Positions 27,991 to 37,175 of a stretch of 64,000 nt of DNA are shown piece by piece (positions within the stretch are counted from its first letter, which is position 1; every line of letters starts with the position of its first letter). This DNA comes from a bacterium (lineage in GTDB: Bacteria; Patescibacteriota; Minisyncoccia; JAHIHE01): NCBI GenBank assembly GCA_030693205.1, contig JAUYBG010000005.1:9017-73016 (forward strand), in the 5' to 3' direction. The position numbers and the translations under genes are program-made. Under the pieces are notes generated by a model. It made no database searches. It was not told where the DNA came from and worked only from the letters and a program-made list of their open reading frames with translations.

Positions 27991-29332
27991 TAGCGCTAAG
28001 ACAGAGCGTTTTATCTGCGATTTTCACATTCATTCCAAATATTCCCGCGCTACCAGCCGCGATATGGAGCCCGAAGCGTTGGCTTATTGGGCCGCGATTA
28101 AAGGCATTAAAGTAGTGGGAACCGGGGATTTTACGCATCCGGTTTGGATCAAGGAATTGAAAGAGAAACTGGAGCCGGCGGAAAAGGGGCTTTATAAATT
28201 GAAAGACGCGAAGCTTGCGATAAAAAATAATTTTAATAATGCTAAAATTCCCGCGGAAGTAGTTTCGAAGATCCAAGCTTCCGCTCTTGGCGAGATAAGA
28301 TTTATTCTGACCGCGGAGATTTCCAGTATTTATTCGAAGGGCGGCAAAGTGCGGCGGGTTCATAATATTGTTTTTGCGCCTTCTTTTGAAATAGCCGATA
28401 AGATAAACGAGAAATTGAACACTATTGGAAATTTGCATTCGGACGGACGGCCGATCTTGGGACTAGACTCGAAGGATCTTTTAAAAATTATTTTAAATAT
28501 TTCCACTTCCGCGGTGCTGGTTCCCGCGCATGCCTGGACTCCTTGGTTTTCGGTTTTCGGTTCCAAATCCGGTTTTGATTCACTGGAAGAATGTTTTGAC
28601 GAATACACAAAATTTATTTTTGCCGTTGAAACCGGATTATCCAGCGATCCGGCGATGAATTGGCGCTTGAGCAAGCTTGATAATATTTCGTTGATCTCCA
28701 ATTCCGACGCGCATTCTCCGGAAAATTTGGGACGAGAAGCCAATATTTTTGAAGGAGAGGTGGTCGATTATTATTCAATAATGAGCGCGATAAAGAATAA
28801 AGGGGAATCTGACGTTAAAAAAACCTTACCGTTGAAATTTGTTTCGACTGTCGAGTTTTTTTCCGAGGAAGGGAAATATCATTATGACGGTCATCGGCTT
28901 TGCAAGATTTCCATGAGTCCCGAGGAAACCAAAAAGGCGAAAGGCATTTGTCCGGTTTGCGGAAAACCGCTGACCATAGGCGTGATGTACCGGGTGGATG
29001 AATTAGCTGATAGAGCGATTGGCGGAAAACCGGCTAAATTCGTGCCTTATAAAAATTTAATTCCGCTGAAGGAGATCATTGCGGATGCTATGGGCGTGGC
29101 CAAAGGCGCAAAAAAAGTAAATGAAGAATATTTTAAACTAATAAGCCATTTCGAGACAGAGTTTGCCATTCTGCTTGACGTTGATATTAAAGAGATAGCC
29201 AAAAATACGACTTCTTTGATTGCGGAAGGAATTGAGAAAATGAGAGCCGGACATGTGCAGCTTGTACCAGGTTTTGACGGAGAGTATGGAAAAATCAAGA
29301 TTTTTGACGGTAAGAAAAAGGAAAAACAATAA
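27977..29332 (+). CDS. Endonuclease Q (PHP domain)
   Basis: DFHIHSKYSRATS, PAHAWTPW, ETGLSSD, NSDAHS, zinc finger, PGFDGEYG. Confidence 0.9.
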   Translation: MKIFNSAKTERFICDFHIHSKYSRATSRDMEPEALAYWAAIKGIKVVGTGDFTHPVWIKELKEKLEPAEKGLYKLKDAKLAIKNNFNNAKIPAEVVSKIQASALGEIRFILTAEISSIYSKGGKVRRVHNIVFAPSFEIADKINEKLNTIGNLHSDGRPILGLDSKDLLKIILNISTSAVLVPAHAWTPWFSVFGSKSGFDSLEECFDEYTKFIFAVETGLSSDPAMNWRLSKLDNISLISNSDAHSPENLGREANIFEGEVVDYYSIMSAIKNKGESDVKKTLPLKFVSTVEFFSEEGKYHYDGHRLCKISMSPEETKKAKGICPVCGKPLTIGVMYRVDELADRAIGGKPAKFVPYKNLIPLKEIIADAMGVAKGAKKVNEEYFKLISHFETEFAILLDVDIKEIAKNTTSLIAEGIEKMRAGHVQLVPGFDGEYGKIKIFDGKKKEKQ

Positions 29333-29364
29333 AGTTTGGTATAAAGCATAAATCCGCGCAGGGC

Positions 29365-29393
29365 TTGACAAGAAAATTAATTATTGCTATACT
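29365..29393 (+). promoter_or_regulatory. Promoter for candidate ncRNA
   Basis: TTGACA-17-TATACT with TGn extension. Confidence 0.7.
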
Positions 29394-29399
29394 TTTTAA

Positions 29400-29610
29400 C
29401 GCTAACCACTTAGTAATCACAAAGGTAATCACAGGTGGCTTACTGCTTAGTTTTTGGCAGGTTCTTCCGCCAACACTCCTCCCTTTGTGATTCTTTTTTA
29501 AAATCAAGCTTAAATAAGCTTGGTGTGTGGTCAGGTGGGCGATAGTTCGTAATTTCTAATGATACTTTGCCGGGATGCAAAGATTAAGATACGAACTATA
29601 CGCCCTTTTA
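29400..29610 (+). ncRNA. Candidate ~210-nt structured non-coding RNA
   Basis: Promoter upstream; stems 29415-25/29482-92, 29505-22 and 29537-51/29590-605; ends in a T run; no credible ORF. Confidence 0.5.
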
Positions 29611-29655
29611 ATTTTGCCAAAAAAGCTTAAAATGGTAGAATTGATGTTAGAGAAA

Positions 29656-29730
29656 GCTCTCGTAGTTCAATGGATAGAATGCGAGCCTCCGAAGCTTGTG
29701 ATACAGGTTCGATTCCTGTCGAGAGCACCA
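29656..29730 (+). tRNA. tRNA-Arg(CCG)
   Basis: GCTCTCG/CGAGAGC acceptor, loop CTCCGAA, GGTTCGATTCC, encoded CCA. Confidence 0.95.
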
Positions 29731-29745
29731 ATTAAATAATTTTTA

Positions 29746-30738
29746 ATGACCGATTTTATGCAAATTATTAAACCAAAAAAACTTCAAAAAGGCGATATGG
29801 TGGCAATTGTTTCGCCGTCCGGAGGAGTGTCAGAAGAATTAAAAAATCAATTTAATAGTGGCATTAAATTTCTGGAAAATTTGGGTTTAAAAGTAAAAAT
29901 TAGCAAGAATGCTTTAGGTAGATATTATTATTCTTCAGGAACGACAGAAGCGCGATTGAGTGATTTTCACGAAGCATTTAGGGATAAAGAGGTTAAGGCG
30001 GTAATAATGTCTATTGGAGGAACAACAGCTAATAATCTTTTGGACGGATTGGATTTTGATTTGATCAGAAGAAACCCAAAAATATTTTTAGGGATCAGTG
30101 ATGGTACAACCTTATTGAATCCGATATTTTCTAAAACAGGTTTAATTACTTATCATGGGCCTGATCTAATTTTTACTTTCGGCTTGCCAGTGTCGCCGGT
30201 AATCAAAGAAAACTTAGTTAAAACTTTATTTGAAGGAAAAGGAGGGCAATTATCGCCGAATCCGGAATGGAAGGGTCTGGATAAACTGAATGAAAATGAA
30301 AAGTATCAAGGGTGGCGAACAGTGCGGCCGGGCAAAGCGAATGGGCGATTAATCGGCGGGAATATTGCTTGTCTTGAAAATTTGGATAATACCGAATTTA
30401 GACCGGATTATAAAAAAGTGATTTTGTTTTTGGAAGCGTATATGGTTAAAATCGAAGATATTGATATGACACTTACGCACTTTCGCCAGGCGAAAATTTT
30501 TGATGAAATCAGTGGTTTGATTCTTGGTCAATTTTATGGTTCGCATATGGCGGACAAAAAGCAAGACAGGGAAGTGCGGGATGTAATTTTAGAAGTTACA
30601 AAAAACTATTTTTTTCCGATTTTGGAAGTCGGAGAAATTGGGCATAATGTAGAAAATTATATTATACCTATCGGTTGCCGGGCAACTGTTGATGCCGAGC
30701 GGAAATATTTTTCAATTGACGAAGAAACGGTTATATAA
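29746..30738 (+). CDS. LD-carboxypeptidase / MccF family (S66)
   Basis: VSPS, GISD (catalytic Ser), HGP, LIGGN, LFLE, IGH. Confidence 0.9.
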   Translation: MTDFMQIIKPKKLQKGDMVAIVSPSGGVSEELKNQFNSGIKFLENLGLKVKISKNALGRYYYSSGTTEARLSDFHEAFRDKEVKAVIMSIGGTTANNLLDGLDFDLIRRNPKIFLGISDGTTLLNPIFSKTGLITYHGPDLIFTFGLPVSPVIKENLVKTLFEGKGGQLSPNPEWKGLDKLNENEKYQGWRTVRPGKANGRLIGGNIACLENLDNTEFRPDYKKVILFLEAYMVKIEDIDMTLTHFRQAKIFDEISGLILGQFYGSHMADKKQDREVRDVILEVTKNYFFPILEVGEIGHNVENYIIPIGCRATVDAERKYFSIDEETVI

Positions 30739-30762
30739 GCAAATAGTTTAAACAATAAATCT

Positions 30763-31302
30763 ATGGCGGGAAAAATCAAAAAAATATCTTCAGAAGTAGA
30801 TTATAAGACCCCATATTTTAAAATTGTTAAAAGCGGTTTTTTGATTCCTGGGCAAAAAAAGCCGATTTATTGGTATCTTTTGAAACGCGCAAGTTACGCC
30901 GCGATTTTAGCGAAGGAGGGAAATTATTTTTATATGGTGGAGACATATAGGTTTGCGGTGGAGAAAAAAATGCTGGAATTTCCGGCAGGAGTTATTGAAA
31001 AAGGAGAAACGCCGCGGGTGGCGGCAAAAAGAGAGCTTGGCGAAGAAGCCGGCATTGTTGCCAAAAAATTTACTTTTTTGGGCTGGTATTACGCTTTTGT
31101 CGGAATGTCAGATAGCAAATCTTATGTTTTTTTGGCTGAAAATTTAAGTTTTACAAAACAAAAACTGGACGAAAGCGAATATGGTATGAAAGTGAAAAAA
31201 ATAAAAATTTCCGATGTGGAAAATTTAATAAGAAAAGGAAAAATCCGGGGCGAGCATAGTATAAATAGTTTTTATATTTATAAGCTAAAAAATAAAAAAT
31301 AA
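30763..31302 (+). CDS. Nudix hydrolase (ADP-ribose pyrophosphatase-like)
   Basis: EFPAGVIEKGETPRVAAKRELGEEAG. Confidence 0.9.
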   Translation: MAGKIKKISSEVDYKTPYFKIVKSGFLIPGQKKPIYWYLLKRASYAAILAKEGNYFYMVETYRFAVEKKMLEFPAGVIEKGETPRVAAKRELGEEAGIVAKKFTFLGWYYAFVGMSDSKSYVFLAENLSFTKQKLDESEYGMKVKKIKISDVENLIRKGKIRGEHSINSFYIYKLKNKK

Positions 31303-31318
31303 GCCGAATGGTTTCGGC

Positions 31319-32986
31319 TTATAGATTTTTTACCATATATTCATCTTTTAGTCTATAACTCAATTTTCTGTAATAATCGCGCACTCCAATTCCGGAGATG
31401 ACCGCGATTTTTTTTATGCCAAATTCTTCGCGCACGATCCGTTCGGCTTCGGCGATCAATTGTTTGCCCAATCCGATATGTTGAGCGTTCCTTGTGCCTT
31501 TTTCCGCGATTGGCACAAGTTGGCCGTAAGTATGCACTTCTCGGATAATTGCCGCGTTTTGCAATGCTGGAATAAAATGTTTACCCTCCGAAGCCTTGGC
31601 GAAGGGGGGCTTTTTGCGTGATAATACTTTCGAAGGTATTCTCAGGCGCAAAAGCGCGAATAGTTTATCTTGTTTGGTGTCCTCAAAAGATAAGAAAATT
31701 TCTTTTCCGCCCGATGCCGGATAATCCATTCTTTTTAATTTTAGATTTTTAGGCGCGAATGTTTTATCTTTGATCTCGCGGCAGCGGATGCATCGGCAAT
31801 GCAGAATATCTTGGCGAGTTTTTTGCTCGATTATTTGGCGCAGGTTGGAAATCTTACTTCCGGCGATAATGCTTTGCGAAGGGATATCGCGCACAAGGCG
31901 CATAATTCGGACATAGGGCGGAATATCTTTTTTTATATCAATCAAAAGATTCAGCAGTTGCTTGTCGGAGTATGGCTTGTATTTACCTCGTTTCCACCAT
32001 TGATAAAGCTCGGAATTTTTTACCACTACGGTCGGATAAATTTTTAAAATATCCGGCTGGAAGTTTTTGTTGCTGAAAATCTCTCGAAACATTTTTTTAT
32101 CGCGGCTTATGCTGGATCCGGGAAGATTCGGCATCATATGGTAATTGATCTTTAGCCCGGCGTCTTTCAGAAGTTTTGTAGCTTGAATGGTTTGGGAAAT
32201 ATTGTGTCCGCGTTTATTTAATTTTAAGACATCGTCATAAATGCTTTGTACGCCGAGCTCTACCCGAGTTACGCCGAGTTCGCGCAGTTTCAAAACTTCT
32301 TTTTCATTAATATAGTCTGGCCGGGTCTCAATAGTAATACCGACAAGACGATGTTTAGATTTCTCGTTTATTTTTTTAATTTGTTTTAAAGTTTGTGTTT
32401 TGGAATTTTTGATTTGTTTGGGATTTGGGATTTGGGATTTGGGATTTGTGGCAAAAGTATTTGCCGCTTGGTAGCATCTTTTAATAAATTCGTATCTATA
32501 CTTATCCGGTATGGAACTAAAAGTCCCTCCAATAATAATTAATTCTATCTTGTCTGTAGGGTGGCCGGAATTTTCCAGTCCCTCAAGGCGCGTTTGGACT
32601 TGCCGGTATGGATCAAAGTCGTTGGCAATTGCCCGCATTACCGCCGGTTCGTTGGAAAGATAGCTTTTGGGCATGCCTTTTTCTGTGGGGCAATAAAGGC
32701 AATTGCCCGGACAGCCGAAGTCTTTGGTCAGCACCGCTACTACTGCTACGCCGGATTGGGAGCGCACTTTTCGAGTGCGGAGGAGGTTTTTTATCTCTTC
32801 TTGGCGGCTCAAAGAGGGCTTAAGCGCGCCGCTTTTTATCATTGTATTATACTCTTTAAGGAGTATAATATTTGTAGGCGTTTTAAGGTATTTTTTGCCG
32901 AATTTCCGCTTCAAAACGGAAAGAGCGTCAGGATTATTGACGTTGTTTTTAATGATTAATCTAATAAGCTGTTGGTTAATTGTCAT
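31319..32986 (-). CDS. Elp3 radical SAM/GNAT tRNA U34 carboxymethylation enzyme
   Basis: RSQSGVAVVAV, CPGNCLYC, ETRPD, VELGVQS, KIYPT, CRCIRCRE, REVHTYG, QHIGLG, ISGIGVRDYY; ATG 32986 preferred over 33031. Confidence 0.92.
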   Translation of the reverse strand: MTINQQLIRLIIKNNVNNPDALSVLKRKFGKKYLKTPTNIILLKEYNTMIKSGALKPSLSRQEEIKNLLRTRKVRSQSGVAVVAVLTKDFGCPGNCLYCPTEKGMPKSYLSNEPAVMRAIANDFDPYRQVQTRLEGLENSGHPTDKIELIIIGGTFSSIPDKYRYEFIKRCYQAANTFATNPKSQIPNPKQIKNSKTQTLKQIKKINEKSKHRLVGITIETRPDYINEKEVLKLRELGVTRVELGVQSIYDDVLKLNKRGHNISQTIQATKLLKDAGLKINYHMMPNLPGSSISRDKKMFREIFSNKNFQPDILKIYPTVVVKNSELYQWWKRGKYKPYSDKQLLNLLIDIKKDIPPYVRIMRLVRDIPSQSIIAGSKISNLRQIIEQKTRQDILHCRCIRCREIKDKTFAPKNLKLKRMDYPASGGKEIFLSFEDTKQDKLFALLRLRIPSKVLSRKKPPFAKASEGKHFIPALQNAAIIREVHTYGQLVPIAEKGTRNAQHIGLGKQLIAEAERIVREEFGIKKIAVISGIGVRDYYRKLSYRLKDEYMVKNL

Positions 32987-33012
32987 CCCGTTTTTATTTA
33001 TTATTGCAAGAT

Positions 33013-33744
33013 ATGGATATTCAATACGCAAAATTTTTAATGGAAAAAACCAAGCGAGATTACGATGAAATTGCCGAGGAATTTTCGGCTACTCGGAAGT
33101 CTATGTGGCCGGAGCTCGGGGATTTGGATAAATACGCGGAAGAAGGCGATAGTGTTCTTGACATCGGCTGCGGAAACGGCAAACTTTTCGGATTTTTGGC
33201 GGAGAAAAGAAAAAATTTTTCGTATGTCGGTTTGGATATTTCGGAAAATCTTATAAATATTGCGAAACAGAATTTTAAAGCGGAAAATGCCGAATTTAAG
33301 GTTTTTGACGGAATCGAAATTCCATATGCTGAAAATAGCTTTGATATTATTTATTGTCTCGCCACATTGCCTCATCTTCCTGGCCGCGAAATGCAGATAA
33401 ACTTCTTGGAAAATGTCCGAAAAATTGCGAAACCCGGGGCAAAACTGATCATAACTTGCTGGAATCTTTGGCAGTTTAAGTTTATCAAATATCAAGCAAA
33501 AATGATAGTTAATTGTATCACAGATAAGATTTTAGGCAAGGATGAGTATGATTGGGGTGATTTGTATATTCCTTGGAAAAAACGCGGAGTTCCGCCGATT
33601 TTTCGCTTTTATCATGCTTTTACACTTGCTGAATTAAATAGTATTTTGAAAAAAGCGGGATGGGAAGTGGAAGAAATCGGTTATAAAAATCGCAACGGGA
33701 AGAAAAATTTCAATCTTTTCGCAGTGGCAAGAAAACCGATATAG
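33013..33744 (+). CDS. Trm9/ALKBH8-like class I SAM methyltransferase
   Basis: YDEIAEEFSATR..MWP, DIGCGNGK, LATLPHL, ITCW, IPW, RFYHAF...EL; ATG 33013. Confidence 0.75.
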   Translation: MDIQYAKFLMEKTKRDYDEIAEEFSATRKSMWPELGDLDKYAEEGDSVLDIGCGNGKLFGFLAEKRKNFSYVGLDISENLINIAKQNFKAENAEFKVFDGIEIPYAENSFDIIYCLATLPHLPGREMQINFLENVRKIAKPGAKLIITCWNLWQFKFIKYQAKMIVNCITDKILGKDEYDWGDLYIPWKKRGVPPIFRFYHAFTLAELNSILKKAGWEVEEIGYKNRNGKKNFNLFAVARKPI

Positions 33745-33861
33745 TTAAAGTATGTTAAAAAGCAGGGTATTTCGCTCCGCTTTTTAAAATAGTGTTTTTA
33801 GTTGATTTTAAGCGGGTTTTGGGGTAAAATTAGGTAATAGTTGAATTTAAGGAAAATAATT

Positions 33862-36570
33862 ATGCAAGAACAAGCGAAAGAAAAAATAAAAGCGCTGGTG
33901 GAAAAATACGAGAAAATCAAGAGTTCGGGGAAATTAAAATCATATACCGAAGAAGAAACCAAGAAAGATCTAATCCTTCCTCTTTTGGAAGCGCTGGGCT
34001 GGAATGTTTTCGACAAAAACGAAGTTTCAGCCGAAGAACATATCATTTCTTCTGGCAGGGTTGATTACGGGATCTATCTTAACGGCAGGGCTAAATTTTA
34101 TCTGGAAGCAAAAAAGCTTAGCGCGGATTTGCAGCGAGAGGATTTTGCCAACCAATCAATTCGCTATTCGTGGAACAAAGGCGTGACTTGGGCCGTTTTG
34201 ACCGATTTTGAAAGTTTTAAAGTATTCAATGCTCAAGAAATTGATAAATCGCTGGCGGATAAATTGCTTTTTGAAATCCCTTATACCCAATATCTTGAAC
34301 GTTTTGACGAACAATTAAGCCTTCTTTCCAAAGAAGCGTTTGAAAAAGGCCTGATTGATAAATACGCCGAGGAACACGGCAAAAAACTGCAAAAAATATC
34401 CGTAAGCGCGCTTTTATACAAAGATTTGCAAAAAGCCAGAGATATTCTTACTAAAAGTCTGGCGGCGTGGAATGAAAAAGTTCCCAAAGACCTGCTTGAC
34501 GAAGGCGTGCAAAAATTGCTTGATCGCCTTATATTTCTTAGAGTAGCCGAAGATCGCGGCGTTGAGCCGCCGACATTGATTCCGATGATTAGGCAGTGGC
34601 AGGCCAGAAGCAAACAAGAACGCATTTACAAATCAATGATTGAGAAATTTCGGGAATTCGATAAGATTTATAATTCCAATTTATTCTCGCCGCATCCTTT
34701 TGAAGAGTGGGAAGAATACGACGACTCGACTGAAAAGGTGATTAATATTCTCTATGGTAAAAAAGGATATTATGAATACGATTTCAGCGCGATGCCGGCC
34801 GATGTGTTGGGTAGCGTTTACGAGAATTATCTGGGCTATCGGCTTTCACAGTCCAAAAAAGGAATGACTGTTGATAAGGATGCCAAAAAGCGCAAAGAGC
34901 AAGGTATTTATTACACGCCGACTTTTGTGGTTGATTATATTGTCAAAAACGCTTTGGGTCCGGTTTTGGCTGAATGTAAAAGCATCACCGATCTTAAAAA
35001 AATCAAGGTTCTTGATCCGGCTTGCGGTTCGGGCTCGTTTCTTGTCAAGGCTTTGGAAGCGATAAATGATAAATATAAGGATTTCGGCGCTGACGGCGGG
35101 GTTTATACCAAGCTTCAGATTTTAACCGAAAATATCTACGGGGTTGATCTTGACGAACAGGCGGTGGAAATCGCCAGATTGAATTTGTTGATTAACGCTT
35201 TGGATAGCAAGATTAAACTGCCGTCGCTCGCGAAAAATATTAAAAATGGTAATTCACTGATCTCCGACACCGACGAAGAATTAAAAAAATATTTTGGCAA
35301 AAATTTCAGGGACAAAAAGCCATTTAATTGGCAGGAAGAATTTCCAGAAGTTTTCGCGCAAGGCGGTTTTGATGTGATTATTGGCAATCCGCCGTATATT
35401 TTTGCTCGTGGCGGTAATTTTGATGAAAATGAAAAGAAATATTATTATGATAACTTTAAATTGCAGCAGTATCAACTAAATACTTTTTTGCTTTTTATAG
35501 AGCAAGGTTATAATTTATTAAAACAAAACGGCGAGTTTGGTTTTATTGTTCCCAATAATTGGTTGACTATAAATTCATTTTCAAAACTGAGAGAATTTTT
35601 GCTAAAAAATGTTGCTGATTTAAAAATTATTAACGCTATCGAAACTGTTTTTGATCAAGCTAGTGTGGATACAGGCCTTTTGTTATTTCAAAAATCAAAA
35701 CCGACAGAAATTCAACTTGGGGAATTGAAAGAGGGTAATATGCTCGATTTAACTACCTATAAACCAGAAAATTTCTATCAAAATGATTTTATTATTAATA
35801 TTTCAAAATCTAAGAATGTTAACGATAACAATATTTTGAGTAAATTTGAAAAATGTGTTCAACTTAATGAAATTGCGATTGTAAAATCTGGGCTAAAAGC
35901 ATACGAAGTCGGAAAAGGTATTCCTGCTCAAACTAAACAAATGAAGGATGATAGAGTTTATCATTCAAAAACAAAAATTGATCAAAATTATTTTCCCTAC
36001 TTAGAAGGTAAAAATGTTCAAAGGTTTAAAATAAACTGGAGTGGTTGGTATTTGAAATACGGAAAATGCCTTGCTGCCTCCCGAGAAGAAAAGTTATTTA
36101 AAAGTGAAAGAATTTTAGTTAGGCAAATTCCGTCTCCTTTTCCTAGTTGTATAAACGGTGTATTTACCAATAAAGATTATTTAAACGATATAAACAGCAT
36201 GATAATTTATGCTTCTACTAAAGAGTATAATCTTAAATATATTTTAGGGGTTATAAACTCTAGATTAATTTCTTATTGGTTTGTAAAGACTTTTGATAAA
36301 TTTCAGAGAAAGATATTTCCGCAATTTAAGGTTAATGAGCTTGCAAAATTTCCTATTTATCCAGCCAACAGGAAGCAACAGATGACTGTTGTAAATTTAG
36401 TTAATAAAATGCTTGCGTTTAACGAGGAGCTTTTAGAAGCTCCCAAAAATTCCAATAAATGGAATTCGATAAAAGAGGAAATTGAGAAGACGGATAGAAA
36501 AATAGACAAGGAAGTTTATGAGCTTTATGGATTGAGGGAGGAGGAAATTAGGATCGTGGAAAATATATGA
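33862..36570 (+). CDS. Type IIG (Eco57I-like) fused restriction endonuclease / N6-adenine methyltransferase
   Basis: N-terminal VD...EAK nuclease motif, GIYYTP, DPACGSG, GNPPY, TaqI-like TRD, C-terminal helical tail. Confidence 0.9.
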   Translation: MQEQAKEKIKALVEKYEKIKSSGKLKSYTEEETKKDLILPLLEALGWNVFDKNEVSAEEHIISSGRVDYGIYLNGRAKFYLEAKKLSADLQREDFANQSIRYSWNKGVTWAVLTDFESFKVFNAQEIDKSLADKLLFEIPYTQYLERFDEQLSLLSKEAFEKGLIDKYAEEHGKKLQKISVSALLYKDLQKARDILTKSLAAWNEKVPKDLLDEGVQKLLDRLIFLRVAEDRGVEPPTLIPMIRQWQARSKQERIYKSMIEKFREFDKIYNSNLFSPHPFEEWEEYDDSTEKVINILYGKKGYYEYDFSAMPADVLGSVYENYLGYRLSQSKKGMTVDKDAKKRKEQGIYYTPTFVVDYIVKNALGPVLAECKSITDLKKIKVLDPACGSGSFLVKALEAINDKYKDFGADGGVYTKLQILTENIYGVDLDEQAVEIARLNLLINALDSKIKLPSLAKNIKNGNSLISDTDEELKKYFGKNFRDKKPFNWQEEFPEVFAQGGFDVIIGNPPYIFARGGNFDENEKKYYYDNFKLQQYQLNTFLLFIEQGYNLLKQNGEFGFIVPNNWLTINSFSKLREFLLKNVADLKIINAIETVFDQASVDTGLLLFQKSKPTEIQLGELKEGNMLDLTTYKPENFYQNDFIINISKSKNVNDNNILSKFEKCVQLNEIAIVKSGLKAYEVGKGIPAQTKQMKDDRVYHSKTKIDQNYFPYLEGKNVQRFKINWSGWYLKYGKCLAASREEKLFKSERILVRQIPSPFPSCINGVFTNKDYLNDINSMIIYASTKEYNLKYILGVINSRLISYWFVKTFDKFQRKIFPQFKVNELAKFPIYPANRKQQMTVVNLVNKMLAFNEELLEAPKNSNKWNSIKEEIEKTDRKIDKEVYELYGLREEEIRIVENI

Positions 36571-37166
36571 ATGTAAAAGATAAACAAATTTTAAAAGATT
36601 CAATTGATGTTATTATTTCAAATATTCCAGCATTGAATATTGCTTGGGGGTTAAGTAGAGCACTTTATGGAGCGGGGTTGAAATTACGGGAACAAAGAGC
36701 TTTGGAGTGGGTGGAGATGGTAAGGGATAATCCAGAAGTTTTTACTCAGGAAATATTGCAACAGGAAGAGTTTCAGGACGGATTTGTGTTTTCTCTTGAA
36801 AAGTATTTAACATCACGAAACGAAGAAAAACGTAGATATTTTCGGAATATATTTTTAGGATATTCTAAAAATGATAATAAATACGAGTTTGAATTGGAAA
36901 GATTTGTTCATGTTTTGTCGCAACTAAGTTTAGAAGATATAGATGTTCTTAAATATGTTAATGTTAAAACTCGCAATAGTTACCAAGTTTTTGACGATTC
37001 AAAGTGCTTATCAAGCATTTATCATTTGATTAATTTAGGTATTTTATACAATGATCCTTCGTCTCGAGTTGGTCCTATTGAATTTCCGTTTGTTTATACT
37101 TCGACACTCGGGATAAATTTTATTAAATACCTTAAAAATGAAAAATGTTTGGCCAATAAAAAATAG
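36567..37166 (+). CDS. Hypothetical protein (Abi-alpha/DUF4393-like, C-terminal wHTH-like)
   Basis: ATGA overlap with the R-M gene; helical N-terminus, EEKRRYFRNI, L..LG...T.LG..F pattern. Confidence 0.5.
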   Translation: MNVKDKQILKDSIDVIISNIPALNIAWGLSRALYGAGLKLREQRALEWVEMVRDNPEVFTQEILQQEEFQDGFVFSLEKYLTSRNEEKRRYFRNIFLGYSKNDNKYEFELERFVHVLSQLSLEDIDVLKYVNVKTRNSYQVFDDSKCLSSIYHLINLGILYNDPSSRVGPIEFPFVYTSTLGINFIKYLKNEKCLANKK

Positions 37167-37175
37167 GAGAAATAT

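Noticed and set aside
29656-31318. Island integrated at tRNA-Arg (or at tRNA-Ser or ssrA)
   Set aside because: No integrase and no duplicated tRNA 3' end seen.
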